From Octopus vulgaris (Eukaryota): a stretch of DNA of 64,000 bases. Where the stretch lies: NCBI GenBank assembly GCA_951406725.2, contig OX597828.1, forward strand, positions 28,148,001 to 28,212,000. The letters are read 5' to 3'. The translations under genes were made by a program, and so were the position numbers. Of this stretch, positions 1-12,301 are shown one piece after another; positions within the stretch are counted from its first letter, which is position 1, and every line of letters starts with the position of its first letter. The notes below the pieces were generated by a model. That model did no database searches, was not told the origin of the DNA, and worked only from the letters and a program-made list of their open reading frames with translations.

Positions 1-373
1 TTTGATTGCGGCCATGCTGGAGCACCGCCTTTAATCGAGCAACTCGACCCCGGGATTTATTCTTTTGTAAGCCCAGTACTTATTCTATCGGTCTCTTTTG
101 CCGAACCGCTAAGTAACGGAGACATAAACACACCAGCATCGGCTGTCAAGCAATGCTAGGTGGACAAACACAGACACACAAACACACACACGCATATATA
201 TATATATACATATATACGACGGGCTTCTTTCAGTTTCCATCTACCAAATCCACTCGCAAGGCTTTGGTCGGCCCGAGGCTATAGTAGAAGACACTTGCCC
301 AAGGTGCCACGCTGTGAGACTGAACCCGGAACCATGTGGTTGGTAGACAAGCTACTTGCCACACAGCCATTCC
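1..373 (-). mobile_element. tRNA-headed SINE, family A (3' end cut by window edge)
   Basis: Reverse complement starts ggctgtgtggcaagtagcttg...ggttccgggttcagtctcac (A/B-box-like head), then a (TA)/(TG) linker and a conserved 3' body. More than 15 similar copies occur in the window. Confidence 0.85.
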
Positions 374-574
374 TGATGTATGTAACCAGGGTTATTTAAT
401 TCCATTCAACCCACATGTAGCTTCAATGTAAGAAAATTTTGTTAACATTACAGCAGCAGTCCTCAACCTTTTTTTGGAGACTGGTTTCAAGCAAGACCAG
501 GGGATGATGTGCATAACAAAATACAATAAAGTGCATAATATATAATTTGATTATTATATATATGATGGACTCTC

Positions 575-838
575 TCATCGAAAATGGCAATATGAGTGTT
601 CGGCTTTAGCCAAATGACCTGCACAAATGATTGGTTTGTGCTACACATTAGCTCACTCGCTCCATCAAATTGACGGTACCTGAATAGGTGTACAGTGTAC
701 CTCTCATCAGGTGTCAAAAGTGATTGCAGAGCAATGTGAGGTGAAGTGTTTTGCTCGAGAACACAACACACCACCCAGCCTAGGAATTGAAACCACAGTC
801 TCACAATCATAACTGCAACACTTTATGCACTAGGCCAT
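575..838 (-). mobile_element. tRNA-headed SINE, family C
   Basis: Minus strand tggcctagtgcataaagtgttg...ggtttcaattcc head plus tgtgttctcgagcaaaacacttcac core, shared with copies at 15732, 52791, 60948 and 61185. Confidence 0.7.
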
Positions 839-840
839 TT

Positions 841-952
841 CACAGCACCTAGGTTTCCCAAGTGGTCACCCATGCAAGTACTAGCTAGACTTAATGTGGT
901 TGAACTTTGGTAATCAGACAAGGACCAGTGCTTTCAACAGGATATGGCTGCT
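841..952 (-). pseudogene. 5S rRNA pseudogene (near full length, decayed)
   Basis: Minus strand cagccatatcctgttgaaagcactggtccttgtctgattaccaaagttcaacc...agtacttgcatgggtgaccacttgggaaacctaggtgctgtg is colinear with metazoan 5S rRNA, including the box C region. Many CpG-type transitions. Confidence 0.85.
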
Positions 953-1032
953 ATATAATACATACACAATGCAAAAATGAAAACACACCGCAGATTGCAA
1001 TTGCCAATACAATAGAAATAAAATTTGAAATT

Positions 1033-1255
1033 TTGCCAGCTCCGTCTGGCACCTGTGCCGGTGGCATGTAAAAAGCACCCACTACACTCATGGAGTGGTT
1101 GGCGTTAGGAAGGGCATCCAGTCGTAGAAACATTGCCAGATCAGACAGGAGCCTGGTGCAGATTTCTGGCTTCCCAGACCCCAGTTGAATTGTCCAACCC
1201 ATGTTAGCATGGAAAGTGGATGCTAAACGTTGATGATGATGATGATGATGATGAT
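1033..1255 (+). mobile_element. RTE-LINE 3'UTR-like retroposon fragment with (GAT)n tail (family R)
   Basis: tgtgccggtggcatgtaaaaagcacc...ggaagggcatccag...aacccatgttagcatggaaagtggatgctaaac followed by (TGA)n. 5'-truncated, with many copies in the window. Confidence 0.75.
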
Positions 1256-1494
1256 ATCCAGCCCAGTACCAAATCACCCATGACCCAATAGCCTAGTGGT
1301 TAGGGACCCCTGCATTACAAAACTATTATAAATTTCTTAATATTACTAATGATAGCCACAGGTTTGTGAAAGGGGTTTCAGATTCCTCCATAGAATGATA
1401 TTCCTCAAAGGTATTAGCGTACTAAATTACAAACATATGCATTGCACTTCTCTAATGCTTTAGGGAACAAACTTATCCATTATTAGACTTCTTA

Positions 1495-1532
<38 letters not shown>

Positions 1533-2113
1533 TACACATACATCTTTGAAGCATCATCATATCTAATTAAGAAATCATTATTAATGTATGTTCCTGGTAA
1601 CACTAATAATAAAGTTCATATCAGTTCAGACTAAAAGACAAATTATCATTTAATGATGATAATACACATAATATTCTTAATGCTTATGTTTGGAATTACA
1701 TGAGGCGCTAACTTTCTGTTTCTCAAATTAGGTGTTCCTGAAGTAGGGTAGGGGCAAGATGCTTAAACTTACTTATCGAAGGTCATTTTTCTAATTAAAA
1801 ACTGATTATTTAAAGCTGATAACATAGACGGTATCATCATCATCATCATCATTGTTTGATGCTCATTTTCTATTCTGACATGGATTGGTCAGTTTAAGAG
1901 GAACTAAGAAGTGAAAGCACTGCACCATGTTCCAATGTCTGCTTAAGAATAGTTTCCCAACACCAACTACTTTACAGAGTATACCAAGTGCTTTTTATGT
2001 GAGACTGGCATTTGTAAGGTTACTGATTAAGCCACCAGACAAGACCCCTCGAATGGGGCAGGGTTGTTGTAATATTGAAGGAGAGGATTTTATGTCAGGT
2101 GATGAGAGGTTAA

Positions 2114-2334
2114 CCCTTTTGTTACCATATTTATTTTGAGATGCTCTGTGTTTCTTTCAATTATTTTAAATATAAGAAAGAATTTAGTAAAATAACTTAG
2201 TTATCATTAAGTTAGTGTTAGGAATGTAAATTGTGACTAAGGATTGGTGGAAGATTTTAATTCAAAACTTATGAAAACAAGACATTTGTACTACAGAGCC
2301 AGAGCCAGTTTCAGCCGGGTTGGTAACGAAAGGG
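2114..2334. mobile_element. piggyBac-type MITE
   Basis: TTAA|cccttttgttacca ... tggtaacgaaaggg|cTAA: CCC/GGG termini, about 14-bp TIRs and a TTAA target. It interrupts an older repeat (gagaggttaa|agtatg). Confidence 0.75.
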
Positions 2335-2439
2335 CTAAAGTATGATAGAGGTGTAGAAAGAAGTCTCTCTGTGCTGCAGGAGAGGAGATACATGGTTGCC
2401 CCTACTGGAAAAGGAGAAAAGATGGTAGAGAATAGGTGT

Positions 2440-2597
2440 GAGGGCATACCCTCAAGTTAAAGAAAGTGAATCTAAGAGAAAGGGTCCAGAGGACTGGACG
2501 TGGTGAATGGACAGGTAGAGGGCATACCCTCAAGTTAAAGAAAGTGAATCTAAGAGAAAGGGTTCCAGAGGACTGGACGTGGTGAGTGGACAGGTAA
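2440..2597 (+). repeat. Tandem duplication, 2 x ~78 bp
   Basis: gagggcataccctcaagttaaagaaagtgaatctaagagaaagggt...ggacaggta occurs twice head to tail, nearly identical. Confidence 0.9.
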
Positions 2598-3387
2598 TTT
2601 GATGAAAGTGTGAAAGGAAAGTGGTGGATGGATGATATAGATGAAGATGGAAACAGAGGCGAATACAGTGATTATTATCAAATCAGAACCCTCCAAGAAA
2701 AAGCGTATCAACAGAACTACAAAAATAGAGATTTTGATCAACTGCAAAGATAGACTAAAAACTACACTGTTTCAGCCAATGGAACAACAATACCCCCCCT
2801 CTTCACTTTTCAACAACCCCCCCCCCAGTTCACTTTACAACATCTATTTTATTACTGTTTATTTTTTTTTTCATTTGTTTTTGTTTTTGTTTTTGTTTTA
2901 TATTTTGTTGTTACCTCTTTCGGTCAATACCGCTCTTCTTCTTTTAGAGTTATTACAAACTAGTTTTTTTTTTTTTTATGATTCTATTTACTCATCATTC
3001 TATTTTCTCATTTCATTCTTTGTTTGTGTTTATATATTTTGTTGTGTTTTTTTTTTAAATTTATTTATTTCTCTTATTTTCTTCAACTGTCTTCTTTTAC
3101 TTCACTTATATCGGGGTCGGTCGTTGTTATTGTTTTTGTTGTTGTTACAGAGAAGTGGGGGGGGAGAAAGGGTTTTGTTTTTGTTATTGTTTATTGAAAC
3201 TTTATACATTAACTAAGTGAAATAGACTGATTTTTTGACATTTGACTAATCTTCAGTTTAAAGCCAAGTTTTAAGTCGGACACCCACTGCCACCAGAGGA
3301 AAGAACACCCCCCACCAAAAAAAAAAAAAACCAACAAGGAACCAGCAGACGATAAAAAAAAGATAAATAGCTAATGAATAAATTAGT

Positions 3388-3422
3388 AAATATACAGTAT
3401 ATATATATATATATATATCAAA

Positions 3423-3464
<42 letters not shown>

Positions 3465-3728
3465 AAGTATATGTATATATATATATTTGTATATATATAT
3501 ATATCTGTATATATATATATGGAAGTATATGTATATATATATATCTGTATATATGTATATATATATATGTGTGTGTGTGTGTGTTTATACATACATATAT
3601 ATATATCTGTGTATATGTATGAATGTATATATGTATATCTGTATATATATGTATATATATGTGTATGTGTATACATGTATATATCTGTATATATATATGC
3701 ATGTATATGTATATATATGTGTGTGTGT

Positions 3729-3777
<49 letters not shown>

Positions 3778-3872
3778 TATATACATATGTATGTATATAT
3801 GTGTACATCTATATTATATTTATATACCTGCAATATGTATATATATATATATATATATATGTATATACACAT
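3388..3872. repeat. Compound (TA)n/(TG)n microsatellite
   Basis: Seen directly; source of the YIYI ORF artefacts. Confidence 0.95.
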
Positions 3873-4731
3873 CACAACTTGAATGCTTGAATTAGGCGGT
3901 GGGGAAAAAAAGGTACTTGGTATTGCGAGCAAAGATTCCTCGTCAAATGAAGCACATCTGTTTTTGCTGCACATCTATCTTGCATTCAACTCTTTATATT
4001 AGTTCACTGCACATAGATCTTTATGTTCTCCGTTAACTGACATAAACAACTACAGCAACAACAGCAACAACAATAACTACAAAACAAAGCTAGCAACCAG
4101 TTGGATATCTTCTTCAAATCAACAAGACATTTTTTTTATTTGCCCAATTTTCCTTTCCTTTTTACCTTTTACCTTTTTCTTTTTTTTCTTTTACAGCTGA
4201 CATTTATTTTTTATGTATATATATTTTTTTCCTATTAATTTTTCATGTTCATAAAAGAAGTAAAAGAGAGAAAAATAAAATTTAAAGAAACAAACTCAAG
4301 AACTGGTTTAAAAAAAAAAAAGAATATAACTACGAAGATTAGGATACTTTCTATTTTATCTGTTTTTATTTATCTTGAAAGCAATTTTTAAAAAAATAAA
4401 ATAGGGGGAAAAGAAAGAGAGAAAATAAGAACTATATAAACACATAGAATTAATGTATAGATAAAGAAAATGGAATCAAAACAATGCTCCAACCTTTGAA
4501 AAGTAAAAATCCCAATAAAAACAGATCCTCTGTATAGTGTAAAAGTATTGATGGAAGGAAAAAAGAATGGTAACACCATAAATATGTAGTCAATTTGAGG
4601 TAATTTAAGATCAGTGAACATAGAGAATTCTGATGGAAAACTCTTCAATTCTTCAAGTCTATTATAGTGTTATAGATCTGGAGAGAGAGAGAGAGAGAGG
4701 GAGAAATCCATGTATCTATGTATCTACCTAC

Positions 4732-4837
<106 letters not shown>

Positions 4838-6614
4838 CGATATTTCTGTTAGTAAATAATAGTTTTGTTTGAAGGTAAATGAATGAAGCTTTTGTAAACA
4901 AGGAATAAATCACATCCTCGTTAGTAGGTTCCAATGAGATTTGTAAATTTGTCAAATTAAATGTATCAAGCTAATTGGTTATGCAACTCCCTCATTGAGA
5001 TTTGGCTACTTTCTCTCGCAAGTATGTAGACACACTAGAAATAGCAGCCAAATCAACCTCAAAATCGTACTTTACTGTCTTAAACATGAAGGATATAGTT
5101 CATAACGTATGTAGTCCTACATCATCATCATCATCATCATCACAGTCATTATTATTTGAATATCCACTTTTCCATGCTTGCATGGATCAGAGAAAATTTG
5201 TTGAGGCCAAATGACTCTCTTTCCATCAACCCTCACCTGTTTCCAAGCGAAGTATTTTTACCTTTGGCCAAATAGATTTCCTTTGAAATTAGAAATGACC
5301 ATCACCACTTTTATGATGATGCTACTTGTTTCCAACTAACATGATGCCAAGACACTAACACATGCACATACATACACACATCCATCCATACATACACACA
5401 CACACACACTCCATACATACACACACACATACACACATATATTTGCATATATATACACACACATGTAATGGGTTCCTTTTAGTTTCCACTTACCAAATCT
5501 TCTCACAAGGCTTTGGTCGACCTGGGGTTATAATAAAAGACACCTAAGGTGCCATGCAGCTGGCCTGAACCAAAACCATTTTGGTTAGGAAGCAAAATTC
5601 TTAAACACTCAGCCATGCTGGTATTTCTATCTGAAACTATGATATGGTTGTCATGGCTGGAACACTTTTAAGATTTGGTTACTCCTCCACCTACCTAACA
5701 GGTATCTAGACATACAAGAAACAGCAGCTAAATCTTCCTCAAAATTATGCCTTAACCTGTCTTAAACTGATTTAAAATGGAAGGACATATTCGATAATGC
5801 ATGTGGCATATGTGAAACTTAAGTGTGTTAGTCATGGATGGATTGCCTGTCATCATACGTCTACTCAGTTAGGCTGTGTGATGAACTAAAGACAACAACA
5901 ACAACAACGGCAACAACAACTTCATAAATATATCTTAGAAATAATCGGACAACACTGTGTTTTTATCAACTGGCCAAGTAATTTGTAAAGTAATGGTGTA
6001 AAAGATGTGTGTTCTCTTTCTTATTTTTTTTTTTTGGAGTCTTCCATGTGGAAGGAACTGGTTTGTAACAAAGAAGCAAAACTCCATTAAGCTACATTAT
6101 TGGAATGAAGATAACAAAGATTGTTACATTTTGAACTTGAGGAAAATCGTGCATATATTCTTATTGCTCCACTGACAGATTACATTTGTAACGTGCACAT
6201 TAGCTGGCTGGGTTTTTTTTTTCTTTTTGTTTTTTGAGAAAAAACCTTAACTTTTCTAGAATTTAACTCAGGCATTAACTAACAAAACAAAGTGCACCAA
6301 CTCTTATTGGTGCAAACAAGAATTTACATTCTGGGTAGAGAAGCTGAGGATTTCGAAGCACTTGTCTGTAGTTGTCCTCATTCTGTTTGATTTTCAAAGA
6401 ATGTATGTATATATATGTATGTGTTATATATATGTATGTGTTATATATATGTATGTGTTATATATATGTGCATGTGTATGTGTATGTATGTATACATATG
6501 TATATATGCATATAAATATGTATATATGTGTATATATATGCATATAAATATAATTATATATATATGCACATATATATATATATGCATATTGTTTGAAGGT
6601 AATGAATATATATA

Positions 6615-6875
6615 TCATCATCATCATCATCATCATCATTTAGCGTCCGCTTTCCATGCTAGCATGGGTTGGACAGTTCAACTGGGGTCTGTGAAGCCAG
6701 AAGGCTGCATCAGGCCCTGTCTGATCTGGCAGTGTTTCTACGGCTGGATGCCCTTCCTAATGCCAACCACTCCGTGAGTGTAGTGGGTGCTTTTTACGTG
6801 CCACCCGCACAGGTGCCAGACGGAGCTGGCAAACGGCCATGGACAGATGGTGCTTTTTACGTGCCACCGGCATGG
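6615..6875 (-). mobile_element. Family R RTE 3'UTR-like fragment
   Basis: (CAT)n followed by the reverse complement of the family R body with two repeat units. Confidence 0.75.
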
Positions 6876-6897
6876 GATATATATATATATATATATA

Positions 6898-7096
6898 TAT
6901 TTCTTTACTACCCACAAGGACAGACAAAAGGATTAAGTTGATTACATTAACCCCAGTGCGAAACTGGTACTTAATTTATCAACCCCGAAAGGATAAAAGG
7001 CAAAGTTGACCTCGGCGGAATTTGAACTCAGGACATAGCAGCAGACGAAATACGGCTATGCATTTCGCCCGGCGTGCTAACATGTCTGTCAGCTCG

Positions 7097-7100
<4 letters not shown>
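6898..7100 (-). mobile_element. tRNA-headed SINE, family B
   Basis: Reverse complement has the ggcgagctgacaga head, the gagttcaaattccgcc B box and the gccttt(t)atcctttcggggttgataaattaagtaccag core. Confidence 0.8.
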
Positions 7101-7131
<31 letters not shown>

Positions 7132-7152
7132 TTCATATATATATATATGCAT

Positions 7153-7191
<39 letters not shown>

Positions 7192-7435
7192 GATAGATAG
7201 ACAGATAGATAGACATAAATATCATTCAATCACGGTAGTAGTTGAATAATATTCTTAAGGCTACAATTTACTCACATGCACCATCTTCAAAGCTTTGTTG
7301 CTAATTCAATTCTTAACTAAATTGAAAAATGTTAACATTTTTGAAGAGAACTGGTCCCTAGCTACATTTTGGCACTAAAAAATTGTGATTTGATACAATA
7401 GAAGATAGTTTACATCAAAGTTTGTAGGAACGCTA

Positions 7436-7917
7436 TAGGAGAGTAAGTAACGCCACCAATCAAGTTTAGGTCTAAATAACTTTTTTTTACTTTAAAAGCG
7501 AAATATATTTATCTTAGCTTCAATAATAGAAGAACGCATGAAGAATTTTATTGTTTTGATCCCATGCAATAAAAATTTGTATAAAAAAAAATGAAAAAAG
7601 CATAAGTAAGGCAAAAAATTGGATTTAAATATAATTAACTTTTTTATTTTAAAAACAAACTATATTTTAATTATGCTTAAATGATAGAGCTCAATTCGAA
7701 GAGGTGTGTGCAGCTCAAAACTGGCTGGTCCCATGATCTTGTCAGCTCCTGGAGGGTAATAGGGGTTCACTCCCCTTCAAGTGATATAAGCTCTGGAGCT
7801 TACACAAAAATCCAGCTGGTGGAGAATCTGCCTGGGGTTAAACTAGTAGTAGCATTCATCTGCCACTTAGATATGGCTACTCACTTTACTGCTTAGTATA
7901 TGTTACTACTCTACCTA
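7436..7917. mobile_element. Putative non-autonomous DNA transposon with imperfect TIRs
   Basis: Left end taggagagtaagtaac and right end gttactactctaccta are near-inverted. No coding capacity; superfamily not determined. Confidence 0.4.
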
Positions 7918-7971
7918 CTTCGTCTTGAGATTTTATAACTATATATATATATGCATATGTGTGTAAATATA

Positions 7972-8031
<60 letters not shown>

Positions 8032-8280
8032 TTAGGGAATGAATCCAAAATTACAGGGAAAAATCAGATTTAGGGTTAAATCCAATTTTATAGTAAAATA
8101 TTATATAATATAATTCGAGACAAAACCACTATTTTAAAACCAAACAAGGAAAGACTTAATCAATACATAAAATTTTAATATAAATTAAATAAACCGCCAC
8201 TACAAATGTTTCATGTCTGCTACCGACAATCTTCAGGTGGATTTTCGATCTTCTAATCAGTATCAAATTTGGAAATTTAT
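8032..8280 (-). mobile_element. Penelope-like non-coding fragment with hammerhead motif
   Basis: Abuts (TA)n, no TSD, contains the hammerhead at 8197-8240. Confidence 0.6.
8197..8240 (-). ncRNA. Type I hammerhead ribozyme motif
   Basis: Minus strand: ccac CTGAAGA t tgtc-ggtagca-gaca t GAAAC attt GTA gtgg. Stem I ccac/gtgg and stem II tgtc/gaca pair, the core is complete, and the stem II closing pair is non-canonical. Confidence 0.7.
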
Positions 8281-8439
8281 ACATATATAAAGTGACTATG
8301 TAGGGATAAAACATCCAGATAGGTACCATGTTAGCTCTCAGGTATGTTCCAGGTTATGGCTAGCCACAACAACCAGCTAATTATGCTGTATGACCAACTG
8401 TAGAGTTACATGAAAAAGTTGATGATGTAGCAGTCTCCT

Positions 8440-8747
8440 AGTAAGGCTCCTGCATGCAATTGTAACTGAATGAGAAATGAGAATGGCTGGACACATACTA
8501 AGACTCCCAGAAGAGAGGCTTGCCAAAATAGCCATTGGTTGTATGCTGCTAGAAGGTAAGAGAAAAAGAGGCCTGCCAAGGAAGACATGGCATAGAACCT
8601 TCAAAGAAGACCTATGCAGTATGCAGACTTAATATCACGTGGGAGGAAGCATACCGATTGGCCAGAAGCAGAAATAATTGGTGATCACTGACTGCCCAAA
8701 GTACCATTCAAAGGCACCAACAGACCTAAAGAAGAAGAAGAAGAAGA
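8440..8747 (+). pseudogene. RTE-clade LINE 3' end relic with (AAG)n tail
   Basis: Translates as MRMAGHILRLPEERLAKIAIGCMLLEGKRKRGLPRKTWHRTFKEDL...ITWEEAYRLARSRNNW*, the typical RTE C-terminus (GH-LR, GKR-RG-P-KTW), followed by (gaa)6. Confidence 0.8.
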
Positions 8748-8838
8748 CTAGCCTCCAAATTCTTTATAACTATTTGAAGTATATATTCTTTTATTCTTTT
8801 ACTTGTTTCAACCTTAAGGCTGTGGCCATTCTGAAGCA

Positions 8839-8893
<55 letters not shown>

Positions 8894-8969
8894 CCTAAGC
8901 ATTTCACACAGTGTGCTAACGATTCTGCCAGCTCACTGCCTTAATAATAATAATAATGATAAAAAAAAT

Positions 8970-9374
8970 AGGTGCAAGCATTACTGTGTGGTTCAGAAGT
9001 TCACTTCCCGACCACGTGATTTTAGGTTCAGTCCCACTATGTGGCATCCTCGGCAAGCGTCTTCTATTATAGTCCCAGGCGAACCAATGCCTTGTGAGTG
9101 AATTTGCTAGATGGAAACTGTGTGAAGCTGCTTTTCATATATGTGTGTCTGTCTGTCTGTCTGATTGTGCTTGTCCATTTGTCCCACTACCATCATTTGA
9201 CAATTGGTGTTGGTTTGTTATCATCTCCTGTAAATTAGCAGTTCAGCAAAAGAGATCGATAAAATAAGTAGCAAGCTTTGCCAAAAAAAGAAAAATACCG
9301 GGGCCAATTTGTTCAACTAAGAAAGTGCCCCAGCATGGCCACAGTCCCATGACTGTAACAAGTGAAAAGAAGAG
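8970..9374 (+). mobile_element. Family A SINE, old diverged copy
   Basis: Head tgtgtggttcagaag...ggttcagtcccact through tail ccagcatggccacagtc...tgactgtaacaagtgaaaaga. Confidence 0.75.
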
Positions 9375-9651
9375 AAATAAAAGAAAGAAAGGCTAGTGTA
9401 TTTGATGAACAGCAGCAACTGCAGTGGAGGGGACAGGGGTTGTAGAGTGGTGGCGGCGGCGGTGGTGGTGGTGGTGGTGGTGGTGGTGGTAGAATAAACA
9501 AAAGCACAGTGTTTTGCATCAGTACACTCACTGCCACGTACTTAACACACACAATGAGCAAAAGCAGCAGCAGCACTGAATATTTGCCATACATACATCA
9601 TTCACTCCATCACTTTTTCAAAGATTTATTTTTAGACACTCTACTCCCGCT

Positions 9652-9696
<45 letters not shown>

Positions 9697-10017
9697 TGCA
9701 GCAATCGGTTGGTCACTGGGCTTAGTGCAAGTGCAAATAGTTATCTCGCTTTATTTTATTCTACTCATGGCCAAGTGGTTAAGAAATTTGTTTTGCATTC
9801 GTGAGGTTCCAAGTTCAACTCCGCTGTGTTGCTTCCTTTCTTTTTCTATGGCCTTGGATCGACCCAAGTTTTGTGAACGGAATCAGATGCAGCAGTCCCT
9901 CTGCAAAGCATTCTGGGCTACTGTATTCTATTATTAGCCTTGGGCCAACCCAAGCCTTGTGATTGAACTTAGTAGATGAAAACTGAAAGAAGCCCATTGT
10001 TTGTATGTGTGTTTGTA

Positions 10018-10069
<52 letters not shown>

Positions 10070-10238
10070 GCCACTACACACATTTTTTTCTCTCCTTGTT
10101 TTTTCTGTGTCCCTTTCTGTAGAAGAGCATAGGCTCGAAACGTAAAAGACTTTTTCTATTTCTGAGCGTTATACTAATACATCTGTTTGTTTTGTACACC
10201 ACCTGTCTTCATCTTTTGTTTTTTTCGTAAACTCTCCT
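10070..10238 (+). mobile_element. Short hammerhead-bearing element (family H1) between (TA)n tracts
   Basis: Homologous to 38450-38616 and 56060-56226. Contains cttt CTGTAGA a gagc-atag-gctc GAAAC GTA aaag at 10113-10148 (A6-to-U variant core, palindromic ACGT stem III). Confidence 0.65.
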
Positions 10239-10307
10239 TATATATATATACACATATATATATATACATATATATGTACATACATACATACACATATATA
10301 TATATAT

Positions 10308-10530
10308 GAGTGAGTGGACAAATGAAAGAAGGGCACTTAATACGTTTATTGGGAGTTACATGTATGGATCAAAACAGTTTGATTCAAATTTGTTGGTTCT
10401 CCGAGAGTTTCAAGTGTGATGCTAATCTTCAGCATTCAAATTCAAAATTGCTGAAGATTAGCATCACACTTGAAACTCAAGAGTACCAATAAATTTGAAA
10501 TAAACTGTTTTTGATGCATATATATTTATA
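10308..10530. mobile_element. Penelope-like palindromic element with inverted hammerhead pair
   Basis: Perfect 30-bp inverted repeat at 10405-10434/10449-10478, extending imperfectly to about 10362-10525. Each arm has CTGAAGA...GAAAC and the plus arm ends tcaaga GTA ccaa. Confidence 0.65.
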
Positions 10531-11164
10531 TATATTTTAAGGTATGATTCGATGTCCTAATGTCAGTTGAGTTAAAATCTCACTATCACTAGTAGACATA
10601 GGTCATCTGTATACAAGGGAATTTTATGATGTATTATAAAGAGAACAGCAATGATAAGAGGAAAGAACCGGTGCCATTTACATGGTATTCCTTCATTTCT
10701 GCCGTTACATATGTGACAGTATTGAGCCACACATGATGTCATGCTAGATATGCAACCAGTTGATGTACCCCATAGGGCATCAGGCAATTATATATAAATA
10801 TAAATATATATATATATATCAGGCAACATATATATATAACTCATTTTTGTTTATGTGTTTTTGTTATTGTTTATATCCTTCGAGCTTCTTTTAATTTATA
10901 TTTGAGTTTTTTCCATGGTATAAAACATTGGGACATACCAGCAGATGGTTCTTACACCATTTTGCATATAATCATAGCCAGCAATTTAGCTTACATCAGG
11001 CCTTGATTTGGGTACCTGGTATTGACAAGTCATGAAAATGATGATACACTCCTGAATGGGACCAGATGCAAGTTATTTCACTTGTCTATGACTTCCAGGT
11101 GTTTTAACACCAGGTGAATTGATGGGAATAACATTATTGATGTAATGACCCTCCCAAGACACAA

Positions 11165-11200
<36 letters not shown>

Positions 11201-11241
11201 TAGAAAAAAAAACACCTTTTATATATACATACATACATATA

Positions 11242-11277
<36 letters not shown>

Positions 11278-11279
11278 TG

Positions 11280-11310
<31 letters not shown>

Positions 11311-11618
11311 TTTAAGTAGAATATAGGAACTTTTTTCAACCATGGCTAGACTTGAGATGAACACTAGAGTGGTTTATAACAGTCTTCTCCAGGCAGGTGC
11401 AGTTTGAACTCAGAATGTTGAGAGCTAGCGTATATATTGAAAATCATTTCTACCAATGTGCCAACAATTCTGCCACTCTTCCACCCACATAGCAACATAA
11501 AATAAAGTGTTTTGCTCAAGAACACAATGTGCTACCTGATTCAGGAATTGAACACTCAATTGCTTGATCATTAATGCAAAACCTTAACTGCCAGGCCTCG
11601 TACCTTCACATATACATT

Positions 11619-11619
<1 letters not shown>

Positions 11620-11685
<66 letters not shown>

Positions 11686-11731
11686 ATGTATATATATGAT
11701 GTATATATATATATCTTTATGCATGTATGTG

Positions 11732-11775
<44 letters not shown>

Positions 11776-11963
11776 TACATAGACATATGTGTGTGTGTAT
11801 ATATGTATATGTATATATGTATATATTTATATGTATATATATATAGCCTGGTGCATATATATATGTATATAGATATATATATATATATGTATATTTACAT
11901 ATATATATGTATATATATACATATATATGTATATATATATACATATATATATATGTGTATATA

Positions 11964-12013
<50 letters not shown>

Positions 12014-12117
12014 CATATAATGTATATATGTATATATATATGTATATATATATACATATAATGTATATATGTATATATACATATATATATATGTATATAT
12101 GTAAATATTTCATATAT

Positions 12118-12168
<51 letters not shown>

Positions 12169-12183
12169 GTATATATGTATATA
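11620..12183. repeat. Compound (CA)n/(TA)n microsatellite
   Basis: Seen directly. Confidence 0.95.
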
Positions 12184-12262
12184 TCGGAATCTTGGGGTTA
12201 GTAGTGGTTAAGAGCACGGGCTACTAACCCCAAGATTCCGAATTCGATTCCAGGCAGTGACT

Positions 12263-12301
<39 letters not shown>

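Larger units (their letters stand above)
454..1312. mobile_element. hAT-type MITE with 8-bp TSD, interrupted by nested insertions
   Basis: Left TIR cagcagtcctcaacc at 454 and right TIR ggttagggacccctg ending at 1312. Flanking 8-mers cattacag (446-453) and cattacaa (1313-1320) match at 7 of 8 positions. Confidence 0.7.

Noticed and set aside
841-952. Functional 5S rRNA gene
   Set aside because: Many substitutions, no oligo-T terminator, single copy nested in a MITE.
2641-3216. 191-aa hydrophobic ORF
   Set aside because: The F/L richness comes from poly-T low-complexity sequence; no domain or splice support.
3374-3974. Many [12 protein letters not shown] ORFs here and throughout the window
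   Set aside because: Translations of (TA)n, (CA)n and (TG)n microsatellites.
12200-12262. Functional tRNA genes at SINE heads (here and in families A, B and C)
   Set aside because: No complete acceptor stem or cloverleaf; each continues into repeat body sequence.
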